Shown: piece after piece, positions 1 to 16,073 of the stretch
Layout: the number at the start of each line of letters is the position of its first letter
Numbering within the stretch: position 1 is the first letter of the stretch
Source of the DNA: the human T2T-CHM13v2.0 reference genome, Homo sapiens
Reading direction: 5' to 3' (one strand)
Assembly: GCF_009914755.1 (NCBI RefSeq)
Contig: NC_060945.1
Length of the DNA stretch: 64,000 bases
Translations under genes and position numbers: made by a program
Notes under the pieces: generated by a model
Databases searched by the model: none
Told to the model about the DNA's origin: nothing
Seen by the model: only the letters and a program-made list of their open reading frames with translations

Positions 1-290
1 TTTTGTCTTTTGACAAATTCTTGCTCTGTCACCCAGGCTGAAGTGCAGTGTGCAGTCTCAGCTTCCACAACTTCTGCCTCCTGAGTTCAAGCAATTCTCG
101 TGTCTCAGCCTCCCAAGTAGATGGGATTACAGGTGTATGCCCCCATGCCTGGCTAATTTTCCCGTATTTTTAGTAGAGACAGGGGTTTCACCATGTTGGC
201 CAGGCTGGTCTCAAACTCCTGGCCAAATGATTCAGCCGCCAGAGCCTCCCAAAGTGTGGGAATTACATGTATGAGCCACTGTGGCTGGCT
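1..290 (-). mobile_element. Alu (AluS-like)
   Basis: Reverse-complement Alu motifs (cccaggctg..gtgcagt, gtatttttagtagagac, cctcccaaagtg, gagccactg). The T-rich tail runs off the window start. Confidence 0.95.
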
Positions 291-1708
291 CCAAAGAGAG
301 TTTTTAACAACAGTAGTAAAATATCTGTTGACATTTTTAAGAAGTGAGGCAATATTTTTTTTCTATTATTCCCCTTAAGTATTAAGAGTACATTAAAAAA
401 TCTTTTTGCTGCATTACTATACTTAGCCAGATAATTATTTAATAATAATAGCCATAGTTTCTTGAAGAAAAAAATTCTATTCTCTTCACTTAGCTGCATC
501 TTTATATTTTAACAACAAATAACAAGTGTATAAAGCTTACCAACTTCTCTATATGAAATAACGAAAAACATATTTTTCTCCTAGTTAATCTACTTAATAC
601 ATGATTATATATTGCAATATGGAGAAAATAAAAATCTAATATTTATAACAATCACATCACATAAAGTCAACTTTAATCCATGAGTTGTCAACATCATGAC
701 CAAAATTATGTTAATATATTATTGTAGAATATTGCAACTCAATAAGAAATTATAAGTGCATTGATTTTCCTTCTTACGAGGGAAAGATTAGGGCACTATC
801 AATCAACAGTTCTTAGTTTTTGTATTATTTTCACCCTTACAATTTAAGACAACATTTTTCTGAGCTAAATGGAGTCAAAATAATACTAAACTCATTTATA
901 TAAACCTTTCATATTAGAGTTTCTTGTGGGAAAATACATGTTAACTTTAGCATTCAGGCATAAAAAAATAGAAAATAAAAAAGACACTCAAAATATATAT
1001 TTACTTATCCCATTTAAACAGGTTACTACAAATATTTTCCTTTATTACTGAAAATGTAAAAATGTTAATTTTCACAATTAAATTATATGTCTCCTTATAT
1101 TATTATAGATTTTTTCCTATCACATAAAGTGAACTTCAGTTTATTGTATATTTGTTGATTGATAAAGCCCTCAGGAAATATGCTTTATAAGGCATTCTGT
1201 ATTAAAACTCAAGTCTTCATAAAAACAGAGAGAGATTATATTTCTATGGTCAACTTGACTGTGATCCGTAAATCTACAGAAGAATGTAAGAAGGAAATTA
1301 CTCTTGTGTTCTTTTGAATTTGCTTTAATTTACCACATTTTCTAATTAGAACAATGTAGCTCAATATTTTGTTTATTGTCATATCTGCCAGAAATCTCAG
1401 ACCAAAATAATGCTCAAATTGAACAAATCATCATTTTTAAAATATTGCTCTTTTTGGTTTTTGTTATTTTTGTTGTTGTCTTGCTTCTATTTTATAGGGG
1501 TATTTCTGTTTCAAATGTGTGTGCCATCAGAAGCCCATTTTGGAAGAATGAATGTATTCAGAGTAATATATACACATGTATAAATACATTCAGGCACACA
1601 TATATACGTATGCATACATATTTGTGTATGTATGTATACATATATATTAAGAGATTAGATAGATGATTAGATACATATATTAATATTGATGTTACAGATT
1701 AGACATAA

Positions 1709-2230
<522 letters not shown>

Positions 2231-2489
2231 GGATATAAATGATAGATTGAGTTACATAATGGATAGGGATATATAACAGATCCTATGTACTCATAAAATA
2301 CTATCCTTATTAATATACATTCATCTTCTATTCTGATCTTTCTCATATTTTATGTTTGCCAAAACATAAAATAACTATATATTCAAATCCAGTGAACGGT
2401 GGTATGAATTCTCATTACTTATAGGGGCTACATTAATCTCTTCATGAAACTAAAACATATCCTGTGTAATTGAATAATATTCATATTTA

Positions 2490-4250
2490 TTTATTTTATT
2501 CATTTTTTTATTCTAAAGCCTTTACTTTGAGACATGAAGAAAAAATTGTACAGGTACACATGGAAAAGACATGATCACTGCTGAGTGAAAACGATCTAAC
2601 CAAAAAGTCTGAATGCCTGTCAGCTGATGTTGAAGCTGAAATTCTGGGGGTATAACATGCTGGAGGGCTGAAGGCAATGGATAATTAGAATTCCTCTCCT
2701 TCCTTCTCACCCTCTTCTTCAACAGAATCCACACTAACCACTTCATAATCCTTCTTAAGGACAACCATGTCCTGGTGGGCCTCGGAAAACTCTCCTTCCT
2801 CCACCCGTTCACCCACGGAATACTGAACAAAGGAACTTGGCATACATCAGGTAAAACTTGCGGTCCAGGTGAGCCCACACCTCAGCAATGGCTGTGATGT
2901 TGCTCAGTATGCACACAGCTCTCTGTCCTTTGGCTGGGTCTCCAACAGGTACCACAGTGGGAAGTTGGTAACTAATGCCAACCTTGAAGCTAGAGGGACA
3001 GCAATCCACAAACTGGATGCTGCATTTGTTTTTGATGGTGTCAGTGGCAGCACTGAAGTCTTTGGGAACCACGTCACCAGGGTACAATAGGCTGCAAGTT
3101 ATGTATTTACCATGGTGTGGATCACATCTTACCATCTGGTTGGCTGGCTCAAAATAAGCATTGGTGATCTCTACTACAGAAAACCGTTCATGGTAGGCTT
3201 TTTCAGCAGAGATGACAGGGGCACACATGGCCAGAGGGAAGTGGATGTGGGTATATGGCACTAGATTGGTCTGGAATTCTGTCAGATCAATATTCAGGGC
3301 TCCATCAAATCTGAGGGAAGCAGTGATAGAGGACACAATATGGCCAATGAGATGGTTAAGGTTAGTGTAGTTTGGACACTCAATATTGAGCTTTCCAAAA
3401 GTCATCCAAATCACTTTTGGAAAACTGATTAAATGATAGAAAGGGTCAAGGTGATTTTTCAACCTTTCCTATATGAACTATATCATTGGATAACCAAATG
3501 GTAGATGTCATAGATGGCCTCACTGTCTACTATGAAGGCACAATCTGAGTGCTCCAGGGTGGTGTGGGTGGTGAGAATGGAGTCGTAGAGCTCAACTACT
3601 GCTGTGGAAACTTGGAGGATGGGGGGTTGCTGAGTAAATGGAGAACTGCAGCTTGGACTTCTTGTTATAATCAACAGAAAGACATACCATCAGCAGGGAG
3701 TTGAACCCAGAACCAGTCTGTTCACCAAAACTGTGGAAAACTAAGAAGCCCTAAAGACCTGTGCACTGATCAGCCAGCTTGTGAACTCAGTCCAAGATGA
3801 GGTCAACGATCTCCTTGTCAATGATGTAGTGGCCTCATGCATAGCCATTGGCAGCATCTTCCTTGGCTGGGATGAGCTTCTCAGGGTGGAAGAGGTGGCT
3901 AGTAGGTGTCAGGGTAAACTGTGTTAATAACTGTGGGTTCCAGATCTACAAACATGGTCCTGGGCACATGCTTTTCAGTGCCTGTCTCACTGAAGAAGGT
4001 GTTAAAGGAGTCATCTCCCCCTCAAATTGTCTTGTCTTGTCACTTGGCATCTGGCCATGGTGCTGGATGCCATGTTCCAGGCAGTAGAGTTACCAGCTGG
4101 AGCTGCCAGTCTGGACACCAGGCTGGCCAATGTGGATGGAGATGCACTCACACATAGTGGCTAAGAGTTAGGAGGCTAAAGCGACAGGAGCAGATAACGG
4201 GTCCAATGACCGATCCCAACAAGCTAAGAGTCAAGGTAAGTAATGCACTC
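2490..4250 (-). pseudogene. Full-length processed alpha-tubulin pseudogene, TUBA1B-derived
   Basis: Intronless. Alpha-tubulin peptide ([33 protein letters not shown]). ATG at 4155 and TAA at 2685-2687. The 5'UTR (AGTGCATTACTTACCTTGACTCTTAGC...) and 3'UTR (TAATTATCCATT...CCAGAATTTCAGCTTC...) match TUBA1B as recalled. Decayed polyA at 2490-2512. TSD taatatt(c/t)atattta at 2475-2489 and 4253-4267. Stop at codon 22 (TAA 4092-4090), further stops and frameshifts, MREC changed to MCEC, terminal Y changed to F. Confidence 0.95.
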
Positions 4251-5819
4251 AGTAATATTTATATTTAAACATCCCCTTTAGAATTTGCACATAAAAATGA
4301 TCAAGGTAAAACTAATGTGAAGTTAAATAAGTCTAGCTATAAAAGATTATGATTAAGACAAAATGTTGAAGTCATGAAATGTATATGAAAAATACAACTG
4401 TAGTTGGAAGTAATATAACGTTCTGGTAGTTTTGAAGGGGATCACAAGGAAATCTGGTGTCAACTGTCATGAGGTTTGAACTATTGCTTATTGCTAGCCT
4501 TTCAGTTGCTCCAAGAAGGCATTGACATATCATTTTAACCTTTACATAATGGTGACAAAACTTGGGTATTAAGTTTTGAAATGTCATCTTAAACTAATTA
4601 ATTTATGGCTGTCAGTAGCAGTGGACACATAATGTAACATACTGTTTAAATGTAGTAAAAAGATGACAATGAATAGGTGTTTCTCTTTCATAAATACAAT
4701 GAAAATGTATAAACTTCCATACTATTTCAATGAATTTATTATTAACTTTATTTCCAAACATTACACTGTATGGTACATTATAGTTTGTTAATACCCATTT
4801 TTGTATCAGTTTTCTTTTTTTCATAAATGATTTTTTCCTTCAACTCTGTCTCTATATTTTTCGATAACCTTTTCTTTCTTATCATTGTCTTAATTTTAAA
4901 AGGTCAAACATTGGACTTATTTAATTTTTTATTATATCAAACATTTTTATTTCACTTTTAAAAGAAAAATATTTTGAGCTCTAACTTGGGAAACACTTTC
5001 AAAACTCCTGCATAGTTTCATGAAACTTGAAATTATTGTTTTTAAAAATAGTCACTATGAAATTATTTCTTTCTAATATAGCTAATTCTCAGCTTCTACG
5101 TGGAACCCTTGGGGCTACAATGGGGGACCACATTAACATAAATCCCAACCTCGCAGATTTCTATTAAAAATAATTTCAAGTGGTTCTCTATTTTATTCTA
5201 TTAATTTAGAAATGTTTTCTAAGCAAAATCTGTCACATACCTATTATTTTCAGTGACTGTAGTATAAAACTGGCTTGGAAGTCACATTAATGAAAACTTT
5301 ACGATTACCTCATCTGAGCTATTTATTTCCAAAAAAAAGTTTACAATACACATGACAAGTATTTCACAAACAGCATCACACACATGAACATTTTTAGTTT
5401 AAAAAAGATGAAAATAATATTAGCTAACATTTCTTGAGCTCCTACCATGTACTAGGCACTGTTCTAAAGTGTTAGTTAATTATATCATTACAGTTCAGGA
5501 TTATAACTAAATCTTTTTTTTTTTTTAATGAACCATTGGTAAACTTACCTACTTAAAGCTATCTGTTGAGAAATATTCAAGCCATATTTAAGTTCACTTG
5601 GCAATTAACTTGTAATCATAAATGAGTAAAATCTTTTAAAATAAGGAATATATTTTATTTTAAAACCACCTTAAAAATAGATGGGAAGACATTGAGGAGC
5701 AATTTTTGTTTGACCTTTAATGGATGAATAGCTGAAAGCCTAGAAAACAAAAATAAAATAAAGTCAGCAAGGCTGACAGGAAAGCATGAGAGAAAGCCAC
5801 ACTGATCTACGTGTCACAC

Positions 5820-7330
5820 TTAGAATATTTGACCCTACAAACAATAGATAAATTGATTAATCAATTTACCCAAAATGTATACTTTGAGAAGATTAATACA
5901 ATTTATAATCTTCTAGTCAGACTGATCAGGAACAAGGAAAGAAGATACAAATCATCAATGTAGAAATAATATAAATTGGAGAACAGAGAAATGCAAAACA
6001 AAATAACAAAACTCTTGTTAGTAATCATAATTGAGATGATAGTATTAGTATTGTTATTCTGAGACAGTTGTATGTACAATGAGAAATCAAGCAAATGAGT
6101 AATTACAGGTTATTCTCATTCTATCATCTCTTGTATTTTGAGAGCCAGAATTATAAAGGCATATGAATTGCAACAAAGAGGTAATATAGAAGAAGTCTTG
6201 CAAAAATCTTATAATTTTGAATTGGAAATGAAGATGGAAATATCAGTATGGCCTCACAAGCCTTTATCTGTGTAACTTTGTCTTTATCTATTAATCCTAA
6301 ATCCCCTGAAAAGAACTAGAAAATATAATAAACTCAGATTGTAGTACTGTCCAATTTAAAAGATAATGTGTTTTGTGGAGAAATGGAAGTGTTCATGCCT
6401 ATAGAAGAAAATGTACAAGATTGAGTATAGACCATCTTGATAAAACAGACAGCAAGGAAGCTATCAATGACCGCTAGGATCATGCCTGAAGAATTCAAGA
6501 GCCAACCTGCTGATGTTTTGCTCATCATAGATGAGACAAATTGAACTTCAATAAGGATAAGAGGCACAATGAATTGAAACTCATCATAAATCCATGAGTT
6601 TATATAAATGTGAAAACTAATAATTGATCAACTGCTGAAAAAACAGTGATCCAAATCACTTTTGGAAAACTGATTAAATGACAGAAAGGATCGAGATGAT
6701 TTTTCCACCTTTCCTGTATGAACTGTATCATTGGATAATCAAATAGTAGATGAAAGGTAGTATTCCTTTGCAAAATTATTACACCTGAAAAAATAAAATG
6801 ATAGAATTAAATTGCAACCACTTTTTAACACCAAATGGAAGATGAAATGAACAACTAGCAGGCAATAAATAGCTGGGAGAAAAATAAAAATAAAAGCCAG
6901 AAGGCAGATATACTGAGCCTCTTGTTAAAGGAAATCATCTAAAGACTTTAATCAAATCTTTTTCTGAAATATATTAAAGTGTACCATGAGTTTATAATCA
7001 GCCTGACTCAGATTCAGGAAAACTTTCCAAGGTAAACTTTACAGTTTTTTTTTTTTTAAAAAAAAAAGAAGTAAAAGGAAAAGAAAAGGATGGAGATTTA
7101 GACACAGCGAAAATGGGGAAAACTGTATTCTGGTGTCTCAGGATACACATTTGCTTGACAAAACATAAAGAAATTCAAGGACTTGATTATGTATCAGGAT
7201 AGTGGTTAACTATTGAGATAAAGAGCATTTAGTGGTCTGGGCCACAAAGGGAGTCTTTTGGAATGGGTGGGAAAGTTATATTTCTTACCCTATACAGGGA
7301 ACACAAGTAAGGGCAACTTACAATAATACA
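5820..7330 (+). mobile_element. Old L1M (L1MC/MD-like) fragments
   Basis: ORF2-like stretch (ctagtcagactgatcaggaacaaggaaagaagatacaaatc) followed by L1M 3'UTR-like sequence (tcaggatagtggtta...gttatatttctt). Boundaries are approximate. Confidence 0.55.
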
Positions 7331-8370
7331 CTAAGCCAAATAAAGAAAATTCAGAGGTAGTTGTTTAACTGAATTATCACAAAATTCAAAATCATCAATT
7401 TTAAGATAAAAGTTCTTTTATTGTATTCTTTCTTTTGTTAGATTTGTTAATAATGGCATAGGTTTCTTAAGACTAAATGTAAAATTATTGACAATTTGAT
7501 TTTTTCCATCCAAGAACTTCATCCTACTTCATTTATCATATTAGTTCATTTTCCAGAAACTGGGGCAGTAAATCATATTCCCTCAAGATATTCTACATAT
7601 AAGCACAGATCTTAAAGAATACATGGCTTTAGCAATTGAACAATCAAATGGATTTAGAAAAAAAAACAAAAAAACAAGGAAATAGTCAACTTAAATTTAG
7701 TGTCCTCTCTTCTACTAAGGTTTCAAAACCATAGGGGAAAATGAAGACAGCTTCAACATAAATTCTGTGCTAATGATATTCCATTTTTGGCAGAGTAATT
7801 TGTATTGTTAATTAAGTCCCTAATACATGACTTTTATATGCAATTACTAACTGGTTAGGAAACAATCAATGAGAGCATTACCTACCAATTAGTGTTCTTT
7901 CTCATTAAATATTTAATTGCTCAGTGGAACTAAACATCACATGTCCTTGTCCATGTAAGTTGAGGAAGATGAAAGATAAAGCAACATATCTGAGTAAAAT
8001 GTCATCTCTCACATCCAAATTGCTTCCCTTTTATTTTTCAAATGATCTCTTAAACATCTTTCATTAAATGGCTAGCCTGTGGTATTTTTCTATCAGTTTC
8101 ATCAGTATAATAGTTAGGGAATATTTCCCAGAGAATGGTTACAGAAATATGAAACTTCTCATTATGCAGTCACCAATTTTCATGTGAAAATTCTGATTCC
8201 AAAACTACGTTCTCTTACCTAAGGTAAATCTTGGTTCCCACAAATTACCAAAATCTTATTTCAATCACTTGCTGAAAACATTGAATGATACAAAAACAGC
8301 TACTCTTGCCCATTTGAAAGTGAAGAGTAGAATAAAAGTCATTTATATGAAGATTTAACAAAAGTTAAAA

Positions 8371-8587
8371 GGTGAGCAAACCTTTTCTTTAAGGAGGCAC
8401 TTAATATTTTTGTCTTTGCTAACTTCCCATTCTGTCACAACTATTCAACTCTGCCATTGTGCGAAAGTTGCCATAAACAATATGTTAACAAATTTGGAGG
8501 ACTCTTTTCAATAAAATTTTATGTACTTATAGAAAACAAATGGCTGGCTAGATTTAGTCTGAGGGCTTTAGATTATCTGCCTCTGGT
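8371..8587 (+). mobile_element. MER58A-like DNA transposon
   Basis: gcaaaccttttctttaagg, ctgtcacaactattcaactctgccattgt, caataaaattttat, gctggctagattt. Confidence 0.75.
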
Positions 8588-8624
8588 ATAGAAGTAAAAC
8601 TCAACTCCTGTCTTTTAGGTATTA

Positions 8625-9310
8625 ATTTATTCATTCATTTAACACGTATTTATTCTGTATTCATTAAATATTCTGGTGATGGACTGGCAATAAACAGATA
8701 ATGAGTAAATATGTGTCAAGTCAAGTGGCAATAAATTGTATGAGGAAAATTAAAGCAATAAATTGGGGAGATGGTGTCAAGGCATGGTTGGAGGATGGGG
8801 GCATGCTACATGGTAGCCAGTGTAGATTTCACTGATAGGTGACATATAGGAGAAACACCTGAAGGATAAAGTGAGTGTGAAACTTTATCTGAGGAAGAAA
8901 ATTATCAGAACCATATGCATAAAGGCCATGAGTTAGCAACATATATATTATGGTGGAGACACAACAAGACAACTAACAGCTCAGAGCAGAAAGAGAAAGG
9001 GTGAGAGTATAATATGAAGCCAGTATAGTAGGGGGGTGGCATTTGGGGAACACATAACATAGTCTCTTTATGGTATTCTAATAACTCTTCACTTCCATCC
9101 TGAGAAGATGAAAATCTATTACAGTAACATGAGGTGACGTGATGTGACTTGTATGTTTCAGGTGAATCACCCTGGTTGCTTTGTTGAGAATAGAATGTAG
9201 AGAGGCAAACCTGGAGGCAAGGAGAAGTCGTAGTAGGTATTGTAGCCATCTAGGTTAGAGGTCATGGCGACTTCAGAGCAGTACCTGCAAAAATGGTGAA
9301 AAGTGGCATA
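8625..9310 (-). mobile_element. L2 LINE 3' fragment
   Basis: Reverse-complement L2 tail (ttattcattcatttaacacgtatttatt) and L2-like body (gatgtgacttgtatgtttcagg...ctggttgctttgttgagaataga...ggaggcaaggaga). Confidence 0.7.
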
Positions 9311-11470
9311 AGCAATGTCTTAAAATAATGTGGTTTCCTGGGAATGGAATCAGAATTCAATTACTATTAAACTGAAATCTGAGAAATGTAAGCATGTTGT
9401 TTCACAAATTGTCTTTTACTACAAAAATAGTTTTTTCACCTTAAAATACTTTGATTAATTTGTATATATGTGAATGATCTCAAATAACAAAAAATGATCA
9501 ACATTCGCAAAAGTATAAGCATCATATATTTAATATATTTTATTGAATTTAGGCTTGAACATAGTCTGGCCACAATCTTTTCAGAATATGACGAAAAGTG
9601 ACAAGGGAAAAAGTCTTATCTTGGCCACGGATTTCACAGAACAAAAACTAAAGAGATGTTACTGCTGTTTCTCCTACCAGATTTGAGCAGTGCTTTGACT
9701 ACATTATTGGAAAAATTCAATCCTGATTAAAACTTTTTTACATATTTTGCAAAATTCTTTAAATGGCTATGTTGACATTTTTCTTGAATTGAGGTCATCT
9801 TTTAAAATATATTAGAGATACTGAGTCACCTCTAACAATCAAGAATTAACTTGATGTTTTTCAAACTGAGTGCCATTACATAGGTGACTACCTGTAATAA
9901 ATGTTAATGCCTCAACTACAGACTTTGCTAAAAAGAAAACCTACAATATTTGGAATGTCTTAAATGAATAATAATTTAATATATTAGCATTAGATCTGCA
10001 CATTTCTAGCATTCATCTAAAGAAAGCAATAAAAGAAACGTGTAGGAGGATTTTACCTAAATTATAAGAAAGTCTCCCAAACCTACCTATAAAATAGTTG
10101 TTTACTTAAAATATCTTTAGAAATAGTGATTGACATTTTCTATACGCTAATGGGTAGATGTTTCTTGTTACTTTCATCTAAAGAGATGTCAGTTTTAAGT
10201 TTTATGGAACAATATTTTTAAAATATTAATATTAACTTATAAAATGGCAATTTTAGTAGAAACTAAAGGATTATTGTCTTTAAAAATATTGATAGGAATA
10301 TGATTGTGTTAAAATATTTTGTGTTCAGAATATGAGTAATACATTTATTAAAAATAAACATTAATCAACTAGAGGCAATTAAATTACTTCCAGAAAAGTT
10401 GTTTTTGATAGTGTTTTACTCAACACCATAGAAAAATATTTGGAGAGAAAATAACATTATGTATAACTATAAATTAATGAGGTCTATTTCCTTACCATAT
10501 GGAATGAGATTTTTTGGTTTTCTATATGCCTAACTTTTTGACTGATGTTAGGTCAGATTTTAAAAAGCACAATTTAAGAGCTCAGGCCTCACAGAGCTTA
10601 GAGAAAGAGTCATAGCAGTAATAATATAGTATGAGAGAGTACGTAAATAGGAAAAGATAACTTGTGTTTCTGAAGGAGACTCAAGAAAGCGGAGACTGAT
10701 GCAGTTTACAAGCTGTGTGAAATTTTTTTTCAAGGAAATAGGACTTGTTCTGCTCTTTAAAAGATGCGGAATATTGAGGTGGCTCTTTTAGTTTTAGGGA
10801 GTTACTATGGACAAGTTATAATTATTTAAATGCAACATGCCTGAAATGAAGAGATGTACTCTGTTGGATTCAGGATTGCTCATAGTCCTTTCTGTATTAG
10901 TTACTGAGATGCTGGAAGAGGGCGTTGGAGGAAAGACAAACACGGAAGGGCAAGAAAATGCAAGTGATAGGGTCTGATCAAAAGCAATTCTCATTTTCTG
11001 GAGAGGAAGGAATAGGAAGGAGTAATGACAATATCATTGTGAATCCTTGTTCTTTTATTTAGATTAATTTCTTTACCAATGCAATTATTTTATTCACAAT
11101 TTATAGTTTATGTGAATGATATAATCATAAAAATATATAACATTGTTTCTAATTATATGTATTGCCTCTGTATCTACAAAATTTGGTAAAAGCTAATTTT
11201 CTCAGAGGACAGAGAGAGAAAAACAGAGAGAAGAAAGAGAACTAAGGGAACATTCTGAAATGACTTTAATAGTTAAACAGCTAGTTTTTTGAGGTTAAAA
11301 TAATCTTGATAAATAATCATTAATTTTTCTGTCACTCTTTTTAACCCTGAAGAATAGCTTAATTGGTTAATAGCTTAACTCTGCCAAGCCTCTCATCTTA
11401 AAAGCAGAAATTTAGTGAAAAGGCAAAGTTTATGAAATACTTATTTTTTTAAAATGTAGGGGGGAAAAAT

Positions 11471-11602
11471 GGCAGGCTGTGGGAGGCTAAGGCGGGACGA
11501 TTCCTTGAGACCAGGAATTCCAGGCTGTAATTCATGTAGTAAGCCATGATCATAGCCTGCGTGACAGAGTGAGACCCTATCTCTGAAAAAATTTTAAAAA
11601 AA
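11471..11602 (+). mobile_element. Alu monomer (FLAM/FRAM-like)
   Basis: gggaggctaaggcgggacgattccttgagaccaggaattccaggctg...gacagagtgagaccctatctct followed by an A-rich tail. Confidence 0.8.
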
Positions 11603-11699
11603 GACAAGGTTGGGTGTGATCTGTTGAGTACAAGCCATTGACGCCTTACATTGATTTAGTAAATAAAACTGAACATATCATTCACTGGTAGTAAGAATA

Positions 11700-12129
11700 G
11701 TGTTAATTTCTGCAAAGATGTTTAATACTTAATCTCCAGCAAAAGGGAATGTACAGGAATGATTAATATAAAGATCCTGAGATGGGGAGAATATTCTGGA
11801 CTATCTGGATAGGACCAATGTAATCACAAAAGTCTTTATGAGAGAAATAGGAAATCAGAAAAGGAGATAACAAAGACAGAGCAGAGGTCTTAGTGATGCT
11901 GTTGCTGCCTAAAAGGGCCATAAAGCGAAGGGGTAGAAGGTGCCACCCCTGAAAAACGTAAGCATATTCTTCATTGAATCTCCAGTGGGAACATGACCCT
12001 GCTCACACCTTGATTTTAACCCTGTGAGATGCCTGTTGGACTTCAGGTCTCCAGAACTGTAAGATAATGATTTGTGTTAAGCTACTAAATTTGTGACAAA
12101 TTTCACAGCAGCAATAGGCAACCAATACA
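11700..12129 (+). mobile_element. MLT1C/D-type MaLR solo LTR
   Basis: gatcctgagatggggaga..ttctggactatctgg, aatgtaatcaca, ctccagaactgtaagataa, gcagcaataggcaaccaataca end. Confidence 0.8.
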
Positions 12130-13690
12130 GTGCTAATCAAATACTTAAGTTATATTTTGATATGTTGCATTAGCAGTAGTATTTGAAGGAAATGAAAAAT
12201 GTGTTTTACTGTAGAATACATCGTAGAGCTCAGAGATGAACTGGAGAAATGCCTATTTTTTTTCTTAAAGGCCTCTAATCAGAGAAAAGATTAAGTAGAA
12301 GTAAGATCAGATAGCTAATAAGTTCTAGAATGGTTAAAAAAGACCTCACTCAAACTCTTATATACTCTTAGCTACCACACGTTCTTCATTCTTCTTTAAT
12401 CTAAACCTCTAAAGTGGGTTCTCCATACTTATGTACATTTGAATATGTTTATTGTTTTTAATTGACAGCCTTGCAGTTTTACCTTTACAACTAGATCTCA
12501 ATTGAGTTTGCACAAATAACAATCTCCATATTTCTTATTATTTCTTGTAAGATATCCATTTTTACTTTTTTCCCAAATTGAAACCAGGTGAGAAAATATT
12601 TTAAAACTTTAATATTTTATGAGAAACATAGAAAGGGTTATTTTTGAGCCTCTCCAGCTGCAATAGGAAGATTTTCCTGTAAGAACTGGAATACTAACAT
12701 ATTCTAAACATTGAAGTAAGTACTTCACTGGCAATGCCAAAGAAGTCAGTTACTGAATGATTTTTAAATGAAACATTTGATGAATTTATTATTGTATTGA
12801 ACATGACTTCAAAATGTGCTATACTGCCTGAGGGTTTTGTAGATGTTATAATTCACTTTAGTTCTTTGTATTCCTATATTAAGATCACAGACTTAGCAAT
12901 AAATAAGACTTTATATCAAAACAGCTCCCAATATTATAGTAAGCATGAGTCAAATATAAGAAAATAAACAGAGTGAGAACAGGAAGTATCAACGATGCTT
13001 GAATTTGTCATCTGTATTGATTTATGGAGTTACTTGTATAAACGTATCAACAGTTTAGCAAAAACTAAACCAATGCAGGAAGGTAAGAGTGTCAACAGTT
13101 TTCTGGCACACTTGAGTCAGGTTTTCACGCACAGCTTTAAATATGATATACAATATTCTGAATATTATATGCAGTGATACTTAAATATGAGAAAAACATC
13201 AATTCTCCTTATAAATTATTAAACCACATAGAATTTAGTAAACTTTTCAGATGGTTGGCACAAATATTTTACTTTATCATACAGATTATATAAATATTTT
13301 AAAATATTATCTATTTTAAGATTCTGGAATGGAAAAGAGACATTGACTATTGCCTTAAGATGAAGATAATTATCTAATTATGACTTTAATATTCATGTTC
13401 ATAAAACCAATTACCTTCAATGTATCAACCAAGTATCTGATGGTTATTATAGGTAATGGATCTAATGATTGCTCTTCTGATAATGGCAATATCATAGTAT
13501 TTTTAATTATCATTTAACATAATAATTACCACAATATTGTGGGCTGAACAATTGATAAATACATAAATTTTTTCATTAATTTATATTTACATTTTTATGC
13601 TATTTATCATTCTGAAATACTTTTATTCAGTCTTGAGATTATGTTAGTAAAGAGACATTACAATGAACAAATGAATTTAATATTCTTCCA

Positions 13691-14071
<381 letters not shown>

Positions 14072-14900
14072 TTAAAGAAAATCCTTTGAGCTTGGTTTCA
14101 CTAGCATTAATTTTCATAGTGAGGCCACAAAGCAAGAATCCCAACACCCAACTTTTTGCTGCTCCTCAGATATTCTGATGACTAGTAGTGAAATTGCCAG
14201 GAGGCACTTTATGAGCACATGTCTGATTCACTTTGAATTTATTGTTTCTGTTTTGTTTTCCTTTCTTTTTATTTCCTTATGTTTATTGCATTAGTTCTAT
14301 TTTCCATCATAACCCTCCTAGTTGGGCATGTCAAAAAGATTAAGAAAGACAGTTCATTTGTATCATTTGCTGTTTATATTTCACAGCCACACATTGCATT
14401 GAACAACATCCCATAGTTCATTTAAGAAGCCATATGAAATAAACCTGATTAAAGACTACAGAGAAAATGCAAACAGGATTGGGGCAATTTTCATTATTTT
14501 ACTATAATCTTGTTTGTGATTTGTTTTCACTCTTGTTCACTGTCATGTGTACCAGAGGAAAATTATAAAGGAAACAAATAACTAATTATTAGGCAGGAAA
14601 AAAAAAGACAGAAAAAAAATTCAGTCAACTATGCATGTTCTCTTCAAACATATTCTACTTTGCAGCAATCTGATGTTGTCTATTTTATATTTGGTCATAC
14701 ACTCCTTTTGAATTCTGTAGATTACTTATAATAACTGAATTTCCTGGGAGCACTTTAAATAAGACTCTTCAAGTTTGAGCACTTAACCCAGCAGGCTGAT
14801 TTGACAGAAAGTGCCAATTACAGGTACTAGAGAAACAGATGGGAAGTATTTGCCTCAATAAATAAATAAATAAACACTTTAATAATATGGGTTAAAATAG

Positions 14901-15315
<415 letters not shown>

Positions 15316-15723
15316 AAAAAGAAGTTTTAACACATATGAAAAATCTACAACAAAAGGAAAAGTCTAAATTAAATAAGGAAATAATAACGATAATATTTTT
15401 AAAGCATTTATATATTTTTAAAATTTATATCTTTCATACAAATGCAGTATGATCATCAGTCACCTAATGAGTTTACAGTTACTAATATTGTTCCCATATA
15501 AGGTAGAAAAGTGTAGAAAAGTATGTAGAAAATATTTATCGAAAATCTATTCCCAGAGGGAAAATGCAAAAAAAATTACATAAAATAGAAAATATAGGAT
15601 TATTAATTCATATGAGATAAGATACTTAAGTATAATATATACTTCCTACCACCCTGTTCATGGAATAGTAATACTATGTAATTATGTATATCACAACTTA
15701 TAATAGTGTAACCTGAATGGTGA

Positions 15724-16073
<350 letters not shown>

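Noticed and set aside
2809-3462. 217-aa tubulin-like ORF as a functional gene
   Set aside because: It is an open stretch of a disabled pseudogene. The start lies in the inserted L1-derived segment and conserved residues are heavily substituted.
3397-3498. Insert in the tubulin pseudogene as a retained intron
   Set aside because: It has no GT-AG ends on the sense strand and matches nearby genomic sequence instead.
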